DNA from: Planctomycetota bacterium
Lineage (GTDB): Bacteria; Planctomycetota; Planctomycetia; Pirellulales; Lacipirellulaceae
Assembly: GCA_039190745.1 (NCBI GenBank)
Contig: JBCCXZ010000012.1
Span: 1-64,000, forward strand
Length of the DNA stretch: 64,000 nt
Direction: 5' to 3'
Both the position numbers and the translations under genes were made by a program. Of this stretch, positions 19,124 through 28,809 are shown piece by piece; position 1 is the first letter of the stretch, and each line of letters begins with the position of its first letter. Below the pieces are notes generated by a model. It searched no databases and was not told the origin of the DNA. It saw nothing but the letters and a program-made list of their open reading frames with translations.

Positions 19124-19858
19124 ATGACGATTTCTGTGATCCTCCCCGCCGCCGGATCCAGCCAACGGTTCGGGGACAAGAACTACAAGAAGCCCTTTGC
19201 CCCGCTATCGGGCCGGGCCGTGTGGCTCCACTCCGCCGAGCGGTTCCTCAACCGCAAGGACGTCGTGCAGGTGATCGTCTGCATCGCCGACGACGACCGT
19301 GAGGAATTCCAACGCAAGTTCGGGGCGAACATTGCCATCCTCGGCGTCGACGTCGTTAGCGGCGGAACCGAGCGGGCCGACTCGATTCAGAACGCCCTTG
19401 CCAAGGTGAAGCCGGAAGCGGAGTTCGTCGCCGTGCACGACGCGGCTCGTCCCTGCCTCGCCGACAAGTGGGTCGATCGAGTGTTCGAGGCCGCCGCTAA
19501 GAGCGGCGCCGCGATTCTCGCCACACCGGTCGCCGCCACCGTCAAGCGCGTCGACTCCGGCCGGGTCGCCGAGACCGTCGACCGACGCGGCCTCTGGGCC
19601 GCCCAAACCCCGCAGGTCTTCCGACGCGAGCTGCTGGAGAAGGCCTACGCTTCTCGCAAAGGATCGAGCGCCACGGACGACGCCCAACTCGTCGAGGCCG
19701 TTGGGGCCGAGGTAGCGGTCGTGGAGGGCTCGCCGCTCAACCTGAAGATCACCACCCGCGACGACCTGAAGCTCGCGGAGCAGGTGCTCAAGGTGCTGCC
19801 CCGTCCGAAAGCCGACGGCATGGCGAACCCGTTTGCCGGCGACGACCTCTGGAGATAG
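19124..19858 (+). CDS. ispD: 2-C-methyl-D-erythritol 4-phosphate cytidylyltransferase
   Basis: ILPAAGSSQRFG, GGTERADS, VHDAARP, AQTPQVF, TDD, NLKITT. Confidence 0.95.
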   Translation: MTISVILPAAGSSQRFGDKNYKKPFAPLSGRAVWLHSAERFLNRKDVVQVIVCIADDDREEFQRKFGANIAILGVDVVSGGTERADSIQNALAKVKPEAEFVAVHDAARPCLADKWVDRVFEAAAKSGAAILATPVAATVKRVDSGRVAETVDRRGLWAAQTPQVFRRELLEKAYASRKGSSATDDAQLVEAVGAEVAVVEGSPLNLKITTRDDLKLAEQVLKVLPRPKADGMANPFAGDDLWR

Positions 19859-19962
19859 GGCTCTAGCGGCAGAGTGACATCAAGGCGACTGGCATTTCCT
19901 CTGCTGAGGGATGCTCTACGATAGGGCTCCCCTCACTCGGCTACACAAACCACATACCTGCT

Positions 19963-21252
19963 ATGAACCTGCTCGAAGACCTCCGCTGGCGCGGCGTCGT
20001 CCACCAGACCACCGATGAGGGGCTCGGCGATTGGCTCGAAGCCCAGCCGCGGACGGTGTACGTCGGGTTCGATCCCACCGCCGACAGCCTGCACGTCGGC
20101 AGCCTCCTGGGGCTGATCACGCTGCGGCGGTTGCAGCGGGCCGGCCACCGGCCGATCGCCGTTGTTGGCGGGGCAACCGGCATGATCGGCGACCCCAGCG
20201 GCAAGAGTGCCGAGCGGAACCTCCTCTCCAAAGAGCAGCTCCAAGCCAACCTCGACGGCATGGCCGCCCAGATGCGGCGGTTCCTCGACTTCGACTGCGG
20301 CGACAACTCCGCCCTGCTGCTGAACAACCACGACTGGACCGGCCCCTGGAGCTACCTCGACTTCTTGCGCGACGTAGGCAAGAACTTTCCGGTGAACGTG
20401 ATGCTCGCCAAGGACTCGGTGAAGAGCCGACTGGGTCGCCTCGAAGACGAGAAGCAATCCGGCGGTATGAGCTACACCGAATTCAGCTACATGCTGCTGC
20501 AGGCGTACGACTTCGTGCAGCTAGCGCGAGAGCACGGCTGCGAGCTGCAAGCCGGCGGCAGCGACCAGTGGGGCAACATCACCGCCGGCATCGATCTGGC
20601 CCGCCGCATGGACGGCCGCCAGCTCTACGGGTTCACCTGGCCGCTGCTAACCAAGAGCGACGGCTCGAAGATGGGCAAGACCGAGAGCGGCGCCGTCTGG
20701 CTCGCCGCCGAGCGCACGAGTCCTTACGAGTTCTACCAATACTGGATCAACACCGAAGACGCTGACGCCGGCAAGTGCCTGCGGATGCTCACCGACCTGA
20801 GCCGCGAGGAGATCGAATCGCTCGACGCCGCTCGCGAGTCCGAGCCCGGCAAACGCGCCAGCCAACGCCGGCTCGCGGAATCACTTACCCGGCTGACCCA
20901 CGGCGACGAGGGGCTGGCCGTCGCCGAGCGGGCCACCGCCATCTTCTTCGGCGCCGAGATCAGCGACCTCAACGACAACCAGCTCGGCGAGATCTTCGCC
21001 GACGTGCCCAGCAAGCAGCTCGACAAGCAAACGCTCTCCGCGGGGCTGACGCTGATCGACGCGCTCGTCGAGGCCGGCCTCGCCAAGAGCAAGGGCGACG
21101 CCCGGCGTACCGTCCAGCAAGGAGGCGCCTACGTCAACAACCGACGGGCCGAGGGCATCGAAACCACGCTCACACCGAAGCACCTCGCGGGCGAGACCAC
21201 CATGGTCCTCCGCAGCGGCAAGAAAAAGTACGCGGTGCTCCGGTTCCAGTAA
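19963..21252 (+). CDS. tyrS: tyrosine--tRNA ligase
   Basis: YVGFDPTADSLHVG, QAGGSDQWGNI, KMGKT, C-terminal S4-like domain. Confidence 0.97.
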   Translation: MNLLEDLRWRGVVHQTTDEGLGDWLEAQPRTVYVGFDPTADSLHVGSLLGLITLRRLQRAGHRPIAVVGGATGMIGDPSGKSAERNLLSKEQLQANLDGMAAQMRRFLDFDCGDNSALLLNNHDWTGPWSYLDFLRDVGKNFPVNVMLAKDSVKSRLGRLEDEKQSGGMSYTEFSYMLLQAYDFVQLAREHGCELQAGGSDQWGNITAGIDLARRMDGRQLYGFTWPLLTKSDGSKMGKTESGAVWLAAERTSPYEFYQYWINTEDADAGKCLRMLTDLSREEIESLDAARESEPGKRASQRRLAESLTRLTHGDEGLAVAERATAIFFGAEISDLNDNQLGEIFADVPSKQLDKQTLSAGLTLIDALVEAGLAKSKGDARRTVQQGGAYVNNRRAEGIETTLTPKHLAGETTMVLRSGKKKYAVLRFQ

Positions 21253-21273
21253 GCCGCCCGCAGGCGGAGCGGT

Positions 21274-21669
21274 TCACTCCAGTGTCAGTCCCCAAAGACT
21301 GCCGGGCTTTTCTGTCGTCAGCCGGACCGTGCCGACCAACCGATCGCCCTTGAGTTCTGCAGCGAGCTCCCGCTCCGAGAGCAGCCTCCACTCCAAAGGC
21401 CCTCGAGCTACCCGGCGGACCTCTCCACGCCCCCCGCTGATCGGCCCCTGGTAATCAAGGTAGTGCAAGCGGTGGTCGGGCAGTTGGCGGGCCGGGACCG
21501 TCTCGGGAGCCGACGGGTCGCCGCTCGGCAGGCCTCGCAGCCAGCCCTCCGGGAGGGTCAGCAGCTCCCAGGTCCGCAGCACGCCGTCAGATTCGAGCAT
21601 CAAATCCCAGTGATCCGCTCGCCCCGATCCAGTCGGCATCTTGTGTCGGAGCAGCACAAAACGCTCCAC
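21274..21669 (-). CDS. stand-alone LigD 3'-phosphoesterase-like domain protein
   Basis: RFVLLRH...HWDLMLE...LRTW...LPDHRLHYLDYQG. GTG start with AGGA SD. Confidence 0.7.
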   Translation of the reverse strand: MERFVLLRHKMPTGSGRADHWDLMLESDGVLRTWELLTLPEGWLRGLPSGDPSAPETVPARQLPDHRLHYLDYQGPISGGRGEVRRVARGPLEWRLLSERELAAELKGDRLVGTVRLTTEKPGSLWGLTLE

Positions 21670-21764
21670 GCGGCTATCCTCGCGTACGGGCCGTGTCTCG
21701 GTGAACCTTGACCCCAAACCCGGGGTCACTTACAAGAGCGTACAGAAGCAGCCGACAATCCGCG

Positions 21765-21839
21765 ATGTACTCCGTCATGCACCCCGCGTTAGACCTACTC
21801 CTAGGCCTCCTATTAACCCCCGCAGAGGGCGGGTCCTAG
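21765..21839 (+). CDS. leucine attenuator leader peptide MYSVMHPALDLLLGLLLTPAEGGS (alternative start 21777)
   Basis: Seven Leu codons within nine (TTA, CTA, CTC, CTA, CTC, CTA, TTA), directly upstream of a terminator and leuA. Confidence 0.85.
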   Translation: MYSVMHPALDLLLGLLLTPAEGGS

Positions 21840-21873
21840 GGTTGTTCTGCGGAATCACGACCGTATACACCAG

Positions 21874-21904
21874 ACCCTGGGGCCCGAAGCCCCGGGGTTT
21901 TTTT
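21874..21904 (+). terminator. attenuator intrinsic terminator of the leuA leader
   Basis: ACCCTGGGGC-CCGAA-GCCCCGGGGT followed by a T-run. Confidence 0.88.
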
Positions 21905-21977
21905 GTGGATCGAACTTCTCCAATTCACATGCCGCTTCTCACGCTAAGCACTCTGACGCGGCCCAAAGGAAGAAACG

Positions 21978-23561
21978 ATGGCTGAGCCCAGCCCGCATCC
22001 AACCGGATCCGACGATCAGCGTCGGATTGTGATCTTCGACACCACGCTCCGCGACGGCGAGCAGTCCCCCGGCTGCAGCATGAACCTGGATGAGAAGCTT
22101 GAGGTGGCCCAAGCTTTGGTCGATTTGGGGGTCGACGTCATCGAAGCCGGTTTCCCCATCGCTTCGCCAGGTGATTTTGAGGCGGTCCGCGAGATCGCCC
22201 GCTCGGTCCGCGGCAATACTATCTGCGGACTCGCACGGTGCAACGACAAAGACATCGACCGCGCCGCCGAGGCGCTCGCCGACGCACCCGACGCCCGCAT
22301 CCACGTGTTCCTCGCCACCAGCGCCATCCACCGTGAGTTTAAGCTCCGGATGGACAAGGCAGAAATCATCCAGCGGGCCACAGCAGGCGTCGAACGAGCC
22401 AAGGCCGCTTGCGACAACATCGAGTTCTCGCCCGAAGACGCCGCACGCACGGAGGTGGACTTCCTCTGCGAGGTGGTCGAGGCCGCTATCGCCGCCGGGG
22501 CCACCACCGTCAACATCCCCGACACGGTCGGCTACGCCACGCCCTCGCAGTACGGCGGCACAATCAAGACGCTCATCGACCGCGTGCCCAACATCGGTCA
22601 GGCCGTCATCAGCGTCCACTGCCACAACGACCTGGGGATGGCCGTCGCCAACAGCCTCTCGGCGGTCGAGAACGGCGCCGGGCAGATCGAGTGCACCATC
22701 AACGGCATCGGCGAGCGGGCCGGCAACTGCTCGCTTGAAGAAGTCGTCATGGCCATGCGCACCCGGAGCGACTACTACGGCGTCGATACCGGCATCAACA
22801 CGCAAAGGCTCGTCCCTACTAGCCGGCTCGTGACCGGCATCACCGGCATGCTGGTGCAACGAAACAAGGCGATCGTCGGCCGCAACGCCTTCGCGCACGA
22901 GGCGGGCATCCACCAAGACGGCATGCTCAAGGAACGCACGACCTACGAAATCATGCGGCCCGCCGATGTCGGTTTCGCTGACACCGATCTTGTTCTGGGC
23001 AAGCACAGCGGGCGCGCCGCCCTCGCCGACCGGGCCGCCGCTCTGGGCTACCCGCTTGAGGGTGAGCAGCTTGCCCGGGTCTTCGAGCGTTTCAAGGAAC
23101 TCGCCGACAAGAAAAAGGAAGTCTACGACGGAGACATCGTCGCGCTGGTCGAAGACCGCTCCGAAGAGGACGGCCGCGACGAATGGCGGCTGGAGTCCTA
23201 CGAAGTGCAGGCCGCCCACGGCCAGACGCCCACCGCCACGATCACGCTCCGTCGAGATGAAGACTCACGCACGGCCACGGTCTCCGCGGGCGACGGCCCG
23301 CTCGACGCGCTCTTCCGGGCAATCGAGGATCTGATCGGCAAGAGCGTCGTGGTACGAGACTTCCGCGTCCAGAGCGCCACCCGCGGAAAAGACGCCCAAG
23401 GCGAGTCGGTCGTCGAGGTCGAATACCAAAACCGACTCTACCGCGGCCGCGGCGTCTCGACCGATACGGTCGAGGCCGGGGTGCGGGCCTTCATCCACGC
23501 GCTCAACCGCGTCGAGGCGGGCGCCGGGCAGCCGCTGTCCGACCGACCTGAGAGCGTATGA
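21978..23561 (+). CDS. leuA: 2-isopropylmalate synthase
   Basis: [42 protein letters not shown], and a C-terminal regulatory domain with GDGPLDA. Confidence 0.96.
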   Translation: MAEPSPHPTGSDDQRRIVIFDTTLRDGEQSPGCSMNLDEKLEVAQALVDLGVDVIEAGFPIASPGDFEAVREIARSVRGNTICGLARCNDKDIDRAAEALADAPDARIHVFLATSAIHREFKLRMDKAEIIQRATAGVERAKAACDNIEFSPEDAARTEVDFLCEVVEAAIAAGATTVNIPDTVGYATPSQYGGTIKTLIDRVPNIGQAVISVHCHNDLGMAVANSLSAVENGAGQIECTINGIGERAGNCSLEEVVMAMRTRSDYYGVDTGINTQRLVPTSRLVTGITGMLVQRNKAIVGRNAFAHEAGIHQDGMLKERTTYEIMRPADVGFADTDLVLGKHSGRAALADRAAALGYPLEGEQLARVFERFKELADKKKEVYDGDIVALVEDRSEEDGRDEWRLESYEVQAAHGQTPTATITLRRDEDSRTATVSAGDGPLDALFRAIEDLIGKSVVVRDFRVQSATRGKDAQGESVVEVEYQNRLYRGRGVSTDTVEAGVRAFIHALNRVEAGAGQPLSDRPESV

Positions 23562-23587
23562 GTCGGCCGCCGCATCCTACTCGACGG

Positions 23588-24070
23588 CTAAGAGACGAAA
23601 GCAAGCCAGTAGAAACACCAGCCGGTCACGGCAGTCAGCACCATGTCGGCCGCCGCGATGCGGGCCCAACGCAGGTGGAACCGACTGTGCTCCGCCGGCA
23701 TCGGAGGGTTCGGGAATTTCCGCAACGCCCGAATGAGCACCAACGGCCACAACACGACCGTGCTGATCGCGAACACGAGATGCACCTGCAGTGCCCGCCA
23801 CACGGCCTGCGAAGCCGACCCGCCGATCTCCCCGGAGGCGCGGTCCTCCCAGCCGAACACCCGCACGTCGACCTCAAACGCCCCCACGGCCACGGCCAGC
23901 ACCGCCCCCAGCGCTACCTGTACATTGCGGTGCAACACATACCGCCCGCGGCGAGCCTGCAGAACACTCCACCAAAGCACCGGCAGCACCGCGAACATGG
24001 CCAGAAACACCACGTCGGTCATGAACGAGGCGCGGGTGCCGAGGAATCCATCCCACCCTGGGTAACTCAT
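23588..24070 (-). CDS. DUF420-family membrane protein
   Basis: Four TM segments with spaced His residues (LHRNVQ, VHLVFA, HSRFH). Begins GFLGTRAS. Confidence 0.75.
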   Translation of the reverse strand: MSYPGWDGFLGTRASFMTDVVFLAMFAVLPVLWWSVLQARRGRYVLHRNVQVALGAVLAVAVGAFEVDVRVFGWEDRASGEIGGSASQAVWRALQVHLVFAISTVVLWPLVLIRALRKFPNPPMPAEHSRFHLRWARIAAADMVLTAVTGWCFYWLAFVS

Positions 24071-24272
24071 GCTCGGCCTAGCGACTGGAACTCGGGGCAT
24101 CAATCTGCTGGCTCGCGGGAAACTTCCGCATTGCCGCGGTTGGACCGAGGCCGGCCAGCCGCTAGTCTGGCCATCGGCTCCTGGCGCGATACGGAATCAG
24201 CTGGAGATTAATCGCTTCGGGATGCGCCGGTCGCAAGGCCCCAAACAGTACCGGCGCCCCAAGAAAGAACCA

Positions 24273-24358
24273 GGCCGAGTGGCGGAATTGGCAGACGCTC
24301 TGGACTTAAAATCCAGTGGGGGGTAACCCCCGTGAGGGTTCGAGTCCCTCCTCGGCTA
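24273..24358 (+). tRNA. tRNA-Leu(TAA)
   Basis: Acceptor GGCCGAG/CTCGGCT, anticodon arm CTGGA-CTTAAAA-TCCAG, long variable arm GGGGG-TAA-CCCCC, T-loop TTCGAGT. Confidence 0.95.
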
Positions 24359-24476
24359 CTAGACCAAGAAATTGAACGGCTCGAATCGCCATATGGAAAG
24401 CTCCAACGCCTTATGGCAACAGCGGTGTTGGTCGGGGGATAACGCTCAACGCTTCAGCGATTGCGTATCTTCCGCT

Positions 24477-24920
24477 CTAGCCTGACTCGCAGTGACCACA
24501 GTGGCCGCGGATCATAATCTCGGTGACAGTACCTAGCTTCTCCCGCCGACCGCCTCGCGAAGGCTTAATCTGAAACGAATAATCCTCCAGGCAGGTCAGC
24601 CGACCGCAATCGACGCACATAAAGTGTGGGTGGGTAAACTCCGACTTGCTATCCGCACCTCTCAGCTCAAACCGTCTAGTATGATCCCCTAGGTCAAGCC
24701 TCGTCACGAGGCCAGCGTCCGCGAGCTCGTTCAAGCAACGAAAGAGCGTGGACTGATCGAACCCGAAGTCGCTCAGGGATTCGACGACTTCGGCGTGGGT
24801 CATCGGGGATGCCTCCGACGCCAGCAGCCTCAGAACCGCCACCCTTGCGGCAGTGGCGCGCAGGGCCACGTTCCGGAGGGTCTGTTTCGCCCAAGTTGCG
24901 TTTTTCTTGGGGAGCTTCAT
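24477..24920 (-). CDS. Fur-family transcriptional regulator (Zur-like by context)
   Basis: LRATAARVAVL, STLFRCLNEL, HPHFMCVDCG, GHCGHC. Confidence 0.9.
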   Translation of the reverse strand: MKLPKKNATWAKQTLRNVALRATAARVAVLRLLASEASPMTHAEVVESLSDFGFDQSTLFRCLNELADAGLVTRLDLGDHTRRFELRGADSKSEFTHPHFMCVDCGRLTCLEDYSFQIKPSRGGRREKLGTVTEIMIRGHCGHCESG

Positions 24921-24978
24921 GCAATCTTCCTGCGGGACGAGAAGACTTTTTTAGAGCTTAGCCAAGCGCCAGCCCACT

Positions 24979-24993
24979 TGCAATTGCATTGCA
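24979..24993. promoter_or_regulatory. candidate Fur-family operator TGCAATTGCATTGCA
   Basis: TGCAA-N5-TTGCA in the divergent fur/COG0523 intergenic region. Confidence 0.75.
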
Positions 24994-25038
24994 CTTGCTG
25001 ATTTCGCCGTTTTGCCAAGACCATCATACCCGCGCTAT

Positions 25039-25053
25039 TGCAATTCAATTGCA
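25039..25053. promoter_or_regulatory. candidate Fur-family operator TGCAATTCAATTGCA
   Basis: Perfect 7-1-7 palindrome overlapping a possible -35 (TTGCAT) of the COG0523 gene. Confidence 0.8.
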
Positions 25054-25134
25054 TTAAGGTAGCTTGCGTTTAGATATTGTCCCATTAGGGATATAACTTC
25101 CGTCCAGAGCGAGCGATTCATCAGCGCATTGCCC

Positions 25135-26379
25135 ATGCAGAAATCACTCCCAGTCACGGTCCTTTCCGGCTTCCTCGGCGCCGGCAAGACAACGGTCCTC
25201 AACCACGTGCTCGCCAATCGATCGGGGCTCCGTGTCGCGGTGATCGTCAACGACATGAGCGAGGTGAACATCGACGCCTCGTTGGTCCGCGGCGGTCAGT
25301 CGACCCTAAGCCGCACCGAAGAGAAGCTCGTCGAGATGACGAACGGGTGCATCTGCTGCACGCTCCGCGAAGACTTGCTCCAAGAGGTAGCAGAACTAGC
25401 CAGGGACGGCCGCTTCGACTACCTGCTGGTCGAGTCGACCGGCATTAGCGAGCCGCTGCCGGTGGCAGAGACCTTCACGTTCGCTGACGAAGAGGGCGAC
25501 AGCCTGTCCGACGTGGCTACGCTCGACACGATGGTGACCGTCGTGGACGCCGGCTGTTTCCTGAGCGACTTCGGTTCGTCCGACGATCTGGTCGATCGAA
25601 AGATGGGGCTTAGCGACGAGGACGAACGCAATGTCGTAGACCTGTTAACCGATCAGGTTGAGTTCGCGAACGTGATCCTGCTCAATAAGTACGACCTGAT
25701 CGACGAGCCGGACAAGCTGATGCTGCTGGGCGTGCTGCGGAACCTCAACCCGAAGGCGCGGATCATCGAGACCCTGCACGGCAAGATCGACCCCGGAGCC
25801 ATCATGGGGACCGGGCTCTTCTCGATGGACGAAGCCAGCGCCCAGCCCGGCTGGCTGGAGGTGCCACGCGGCGAAGAGCAGCCCGAGACCGACGAGTACG
25901 GCATCACGAGCTTCGTCTACCGCGCCCGCCGGCCGTTCCACGCGGCCCGATTGTGGGATCGACTCAACCAGGAAGGCGGCATCCTGGCGGGCGTCCTGCG
26001 GTCGAAGGGGTTCCTCTGGGTCGCCTCTCGGCACGACTACGCATACGTCTGGGCCCACGCGGGGGTCTCGGTGCAGTTGAACCCAGCCGGCTTGTGGTGG
26101 GCGGCGGCGCCCGACGACGAGTGGCCCGAAGACACTCCCGAAAACGCCGAGCTGCTGGAAGATATCCGCAGCGAGTTTGATGACCCATTTGGCGACCGAC
26201 GCCAAGAGATCGTATTCATCGGCATCGAAATGGACCGCCCGGTCATCGAGTCGATGCTGGAAGACTGCCTCCTGACCGACGAAGAGCTTGCATTCGGACC
26301 GGACCGGTGGGTCGATTTCGAAGACCCGCTGCCCACCATCGAGTGGCAGGACGGGGAGCCGATCGAGGAGAACCTGTGA
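25135..26379 (+). CDS. COG0523/CobW-family G3E GTPase metallochaperone
   Basis: [63 protein letters not shown]. Confidence 0.95.
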   Translation: MQKSLPVTVLSGFLGAGKTTVLNHVLANRSGLRVAVIVNDMSEVNIDASLVRGGQSTLSRTEEKLVEMTNGCICCTLREDLLQEVAELARDGRFDYLLVESTGISEPLPVAETFTFADEEGDSLSDVATLDTMVTVVDAGCFLSDFGSSDDLVDRKMGLSDEDERNVVDLLTDQVEFANVILLNKYDLIDEPDKLMLLGVLRNLNPKARIIETLHGKIDPGAIMGTGLFSMDEASAQPGWLEVPRGEEQPETDEYGITSFVYRARRPFHAARLWDRLNQEGGILAGVLRSKGFLWVASRHDYAYVWAHAGVSVQLNPAGLWWAAAPDDEWPEDTPENAELLEDIRSEFDDPFGDRRQEIVFIGIEMDRPVIESMLEDCLLTDEELAFGPDRWVDFEDPLPTIEWQDGEPIEENL

Positions 26380-26978
26380 GTCGTCTGGAGTCGATAGCGC
26401 CGGAATCGATTGAGAATGAAGCCTCCGATCACGGTACGGCCAACCCCTGGGCGGACCGGGCGGGGCTTGTAGCCTCGGTGGCGTGCGCCATCCATTGCGC
26501 GGCGATGCCGCTTGTGATCGGCTACCTGCCGATGCTTGGGTTGAGTTGGCTCGCGGACGAGTCGTTCCACAAGGTCATGGCACTGGTTTGCTTTGGCCTG
26601 GCGGCGTTGGCGTTCTTGCCGGGGTGGCGCAGGCATGGGAGCCTCGCCCCGGTGCTGGTTGGATCGACCGGGGTGGTTCTGCTGGCGGTCGCGGCCTTCG
26701 GGCTCGAATGCGATGGCTGCGCGACCTGCTCGGAAACTAGCCTAGCGGCCGCAGAAGAGCCAGTTTGCAGCGCAACGGATTGTGCCCATTGCGCAGAAGC
26801 AGAGCCGGAAACCGTGGGCGAAGCCGCGGCTGTCGGCTCGATCGCGTGGTTTACGCCGCTGGTAACTCCACTCGGGGGGGTGCTGCTCGTTGCCGGGCAC
26901 TTGACGAATCACCGGAAATCGTGCGCCTGCTGCGGAAAAGGCTGTCCGCATGATTCCGAGGCGTCTGCCGAATCATAG
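26376..26978 (+). CDS. MerC-domain membrane protein with a Cys-rich insertion
   Basis: [37 protein letters not shown] overlap with the GTPase stop. Confidence 0.85.
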   Translation: MSRLESIAPESIENEASDHGTANPWADRAGLVASVACAIHCAAMPLVIGYLPMLGLSWLADESFHKVMALVCFGLAALAFLPGWRRHGSLAPVLVGSTGVVLLAVAAFGLECDGCATCSETSLAAAEEPVCSATDCAHCAEAEPETVGEAAAVGSIAWFTPLVTPLGGVLLVAGHLTNHRKSCACCGKGCPHDSEASAES

Positions 26979-27065
26979 CCGAAAATAGACGGCCTTTTTG
27001 CACCCAGTTCCTCGCCCAGGCAACCTCCCAGGCGCTGTGAAAAGCCTTATTCTTCCTTGCCTAGA

Positions 27066-27098
27066 AGGCTCTGCTGCAACACAATTGTAGTAGAGCCT
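27066..27098. promoter_or_regulatory. extended palindrome containing operator TGCAACACAATTGTA (27075-27089)
   Basis: AGGCTCTGCTGCAA-CACAA-TTGTAGTAGAGCCT. The core has 1 mismatch to TGCAA-N5-TTGCA. Confidence 0.65.
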
Positions 27099-27107
27099 AA
27101 TCTACTT

Positions 27108-27539
27108 ATGCACCGCATTCTCAACAAAACCGCCGCTTGGTTAGCACTAGCGCACGTTGTGCTAGTAGGTGGTCTCGGTACGGGCCTGCACGCCTTGCTA
27201 GGCTGCGAGCATGGGTTGACCGAAAACTGCTCCGCCGCCTGCTGTGTGTCCGCCAAGTCGACGAGCGCTAGCTGTGAAGACTGCGTCTACTGCAGGCGGG
27301 CGGCTGAAAAGCAAAACAGCAACGACCAGCAAGAAGAAACCCTCGTCGCCGATGCGGGCCAGTGCTGCGGCGGTTGCGCCGTCTGCGATCTGCTGGCCCA
27401 GTATCAGAGCGTGACGCCTTTCGCCGTCGAGCCGCTCGCGATCGAGTTGGCCTCGGGCGAAGCGCCGATACAGCACGAGAACGCGGTGATCGCCGCCGCG
27501 ATCCGTCTGTCCCATTCTCGCGGCCCACCCGTGGCTTGA
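27108..27539 (+). CDS. DUF2946-like leader protein (TM segment, Cys-rich, CxxC, C-terminal SRGPP)
   Basis: N-terminal hydrophobic segment with GLH, CEDCVYC, CCGGCAVC, ends SHSRGPPVA*. Confidence 0.75.
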   Translation: MHRILNKTAAWLALAHVVLVGGLGTGLHALLGCEHGLTENCSAACCVSAKSTSASCEDCVYCRRAAEKQNSNDQQEETLVADAGQCCGGCAVCDLLAQYQSVTPFAVEPLAIELASGEAPIQHENAVIAAAIRLSHSRGPPVA

Positions 27540-27590
27540 CCTTCGTTGCCTTCGCTCCGAAGGCTCGTCCGTTCAGTGCCGCTCTGCCAT

Positions 27591-27605
27591 TGCAACACTC
27601 TCGCA
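27591..27605. promoter_or_regulatory. candidate operator TGCAACACTCTCGCA
   Basis: One mismatch to TGCAA-N5-TTGCA, upstream of the first permease. Confidence 0.5.
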
Positions 27606-27654
27606 AGGAGTTGTGCGCGGGCACGCGGCGTCTCCGCCCGCTTATGGGTCACAG

Positions 27655-28809
27655 ATGCCAATCATCCAAGAGTTTTGCACCGCGTTCTGTGCGGTCCTGC
27701 TTGAGTCCGCGCCGCTGGTGGTGCTCGGGTTTGTGATCGCCGGTCTGCTGCACGAATTCGTGCCCGACAAAATTCTGCGGCGTGGTGTCGCTGGGCGTAG
27801 CCTGGCGCCTGTGGCGCGCGTCGTGGGCGTTGGCGCACTGCTGCCAATTTGCTCGTGCAGCACGATTCCACTGGGAGTTGGATTGACCCGGAGCGGCGCA
27901 TCGATCGGCACCGCCCTGGCGTTCATGACCAGCTCGCCGGCGATCTCGCCGGTTACGGTGGTGCTCGGCTGGGCTGTGCTAGGGCCCATGCTGCTGGGGT
28001 GGTATAGCCTGGTGGCGGTCGTGGCGGCCGTCGTGATTGGGCTCGTGGGCAACCACTGGCTCGGCGAAGTGCCCGAGCCAGCGAAAACCAAGTCCGCCTG
28101 CTCCTGCAGCTGCGGCGCCAATCCCCCAGCTGCCAACAAGCTGTCGAAGGCCCTCCGCTGGTCGTTCGACGAACTCGGGACAGACCTCAGCGGATCGCTG
28201 CTGCTGGGCCTCCTCGCGGCGTCGCTCATCCTCGTGGCCTTGCCCGAAGGCATAGTGAGCGGCTGGCTCGCCGAGCCGAGCTGGACCGCGATGGCCGCCG
28301 CGGTGGCCGTCTCACTGCCCGCCTACACCTGTTCGGTGCCGTCTCTGTTGATCGCCGGCAGCCTCTTGACCCGAGGGGTCGACCCGGGGGTGGCCGTGGC
28401 GTTCCTGATCGCCGGCCCCGCCACCAACCTCGGTGAGCTGAACGCGATCCGCGGGGCAATGGGCTCTCGAGCCGCCGCGTTCTACGGCGGTTCGCTGATC
28501 GCGATCGCGCTGGCGGCGGGCTCCGCGACGGCGTGGTTGCCAGAGGCCGCGGTGACGACGCCGCACGCCCACGCGGGCCACGACCACGGGCACGCCCTGG
28601 AGGCGGTCGTGCTCTCCGGCGAAGGCCAGGTATCGCTTAGCTCGACTCCACGCTGGCGTTGGTTGTTCGCGGGGTGCATTGCGGTTCTTGCTGTCCGCTC
28701 GATGCTGCGTTGCATGACGGCCGCGCACAAACACGGGCAAGACACGAAACACAAACCAGCCGCTGAGCCGGCCGGCGCGCCGCAACTCTACGGAGTCGCC
28801 ACGAAATGA
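27655..28809 (+). CDS. DUF318/ArsP-like permease with His-rich loop
   Basis: LLPICSCSTIP, AFMTSSP, YTCS, AFLIAGPATN, HAHAGHDHGH. Confidence 0.85.
   Translation: MPIIQEFCTAFCAVLLESAPLVVLGFVIAGLLHEFVPDKILRRGVAGRSLAPVARVVGVGALLPICSCSTIPLGVGLTRSGASIGTALAFMTSSPAISPVTVVLGWAVLGPMLLGWYSLVAVVAAVVIGLVGNHWLGEVPEPAKTKSACSCSCGANPPAANKLSKALRWSFDELGTDLSGSLLLGLLAASLILVALPEGIVSGWLAEPSWTAMAAAVAVSLPAYTCSVPSLLIAGSLLTRGVDPGVAVAFLIAGPATNLGELNAIRGAMGSRAAAFYGGSLIAIALAAGSATAWLPEAAVTTPHAHAGHDHGHALEAVVLSGEGQVSLSSTPRWRWLFAGCIAVLAVRSMLRCMTAAHKHGQDTKHKPAAEPAGAPQLYGVATK

Noticed and set aside
19859..19962. T-box leader upstream of tyrS
   Set aside because: The intergenic region is only about 100 bp, with no T-box consensus or terminator.
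26376..26978. Mercury resistance locus
   Set aside because: No merA, merP, merT or metal-sensing merR nearby. The context points to metal starvation.
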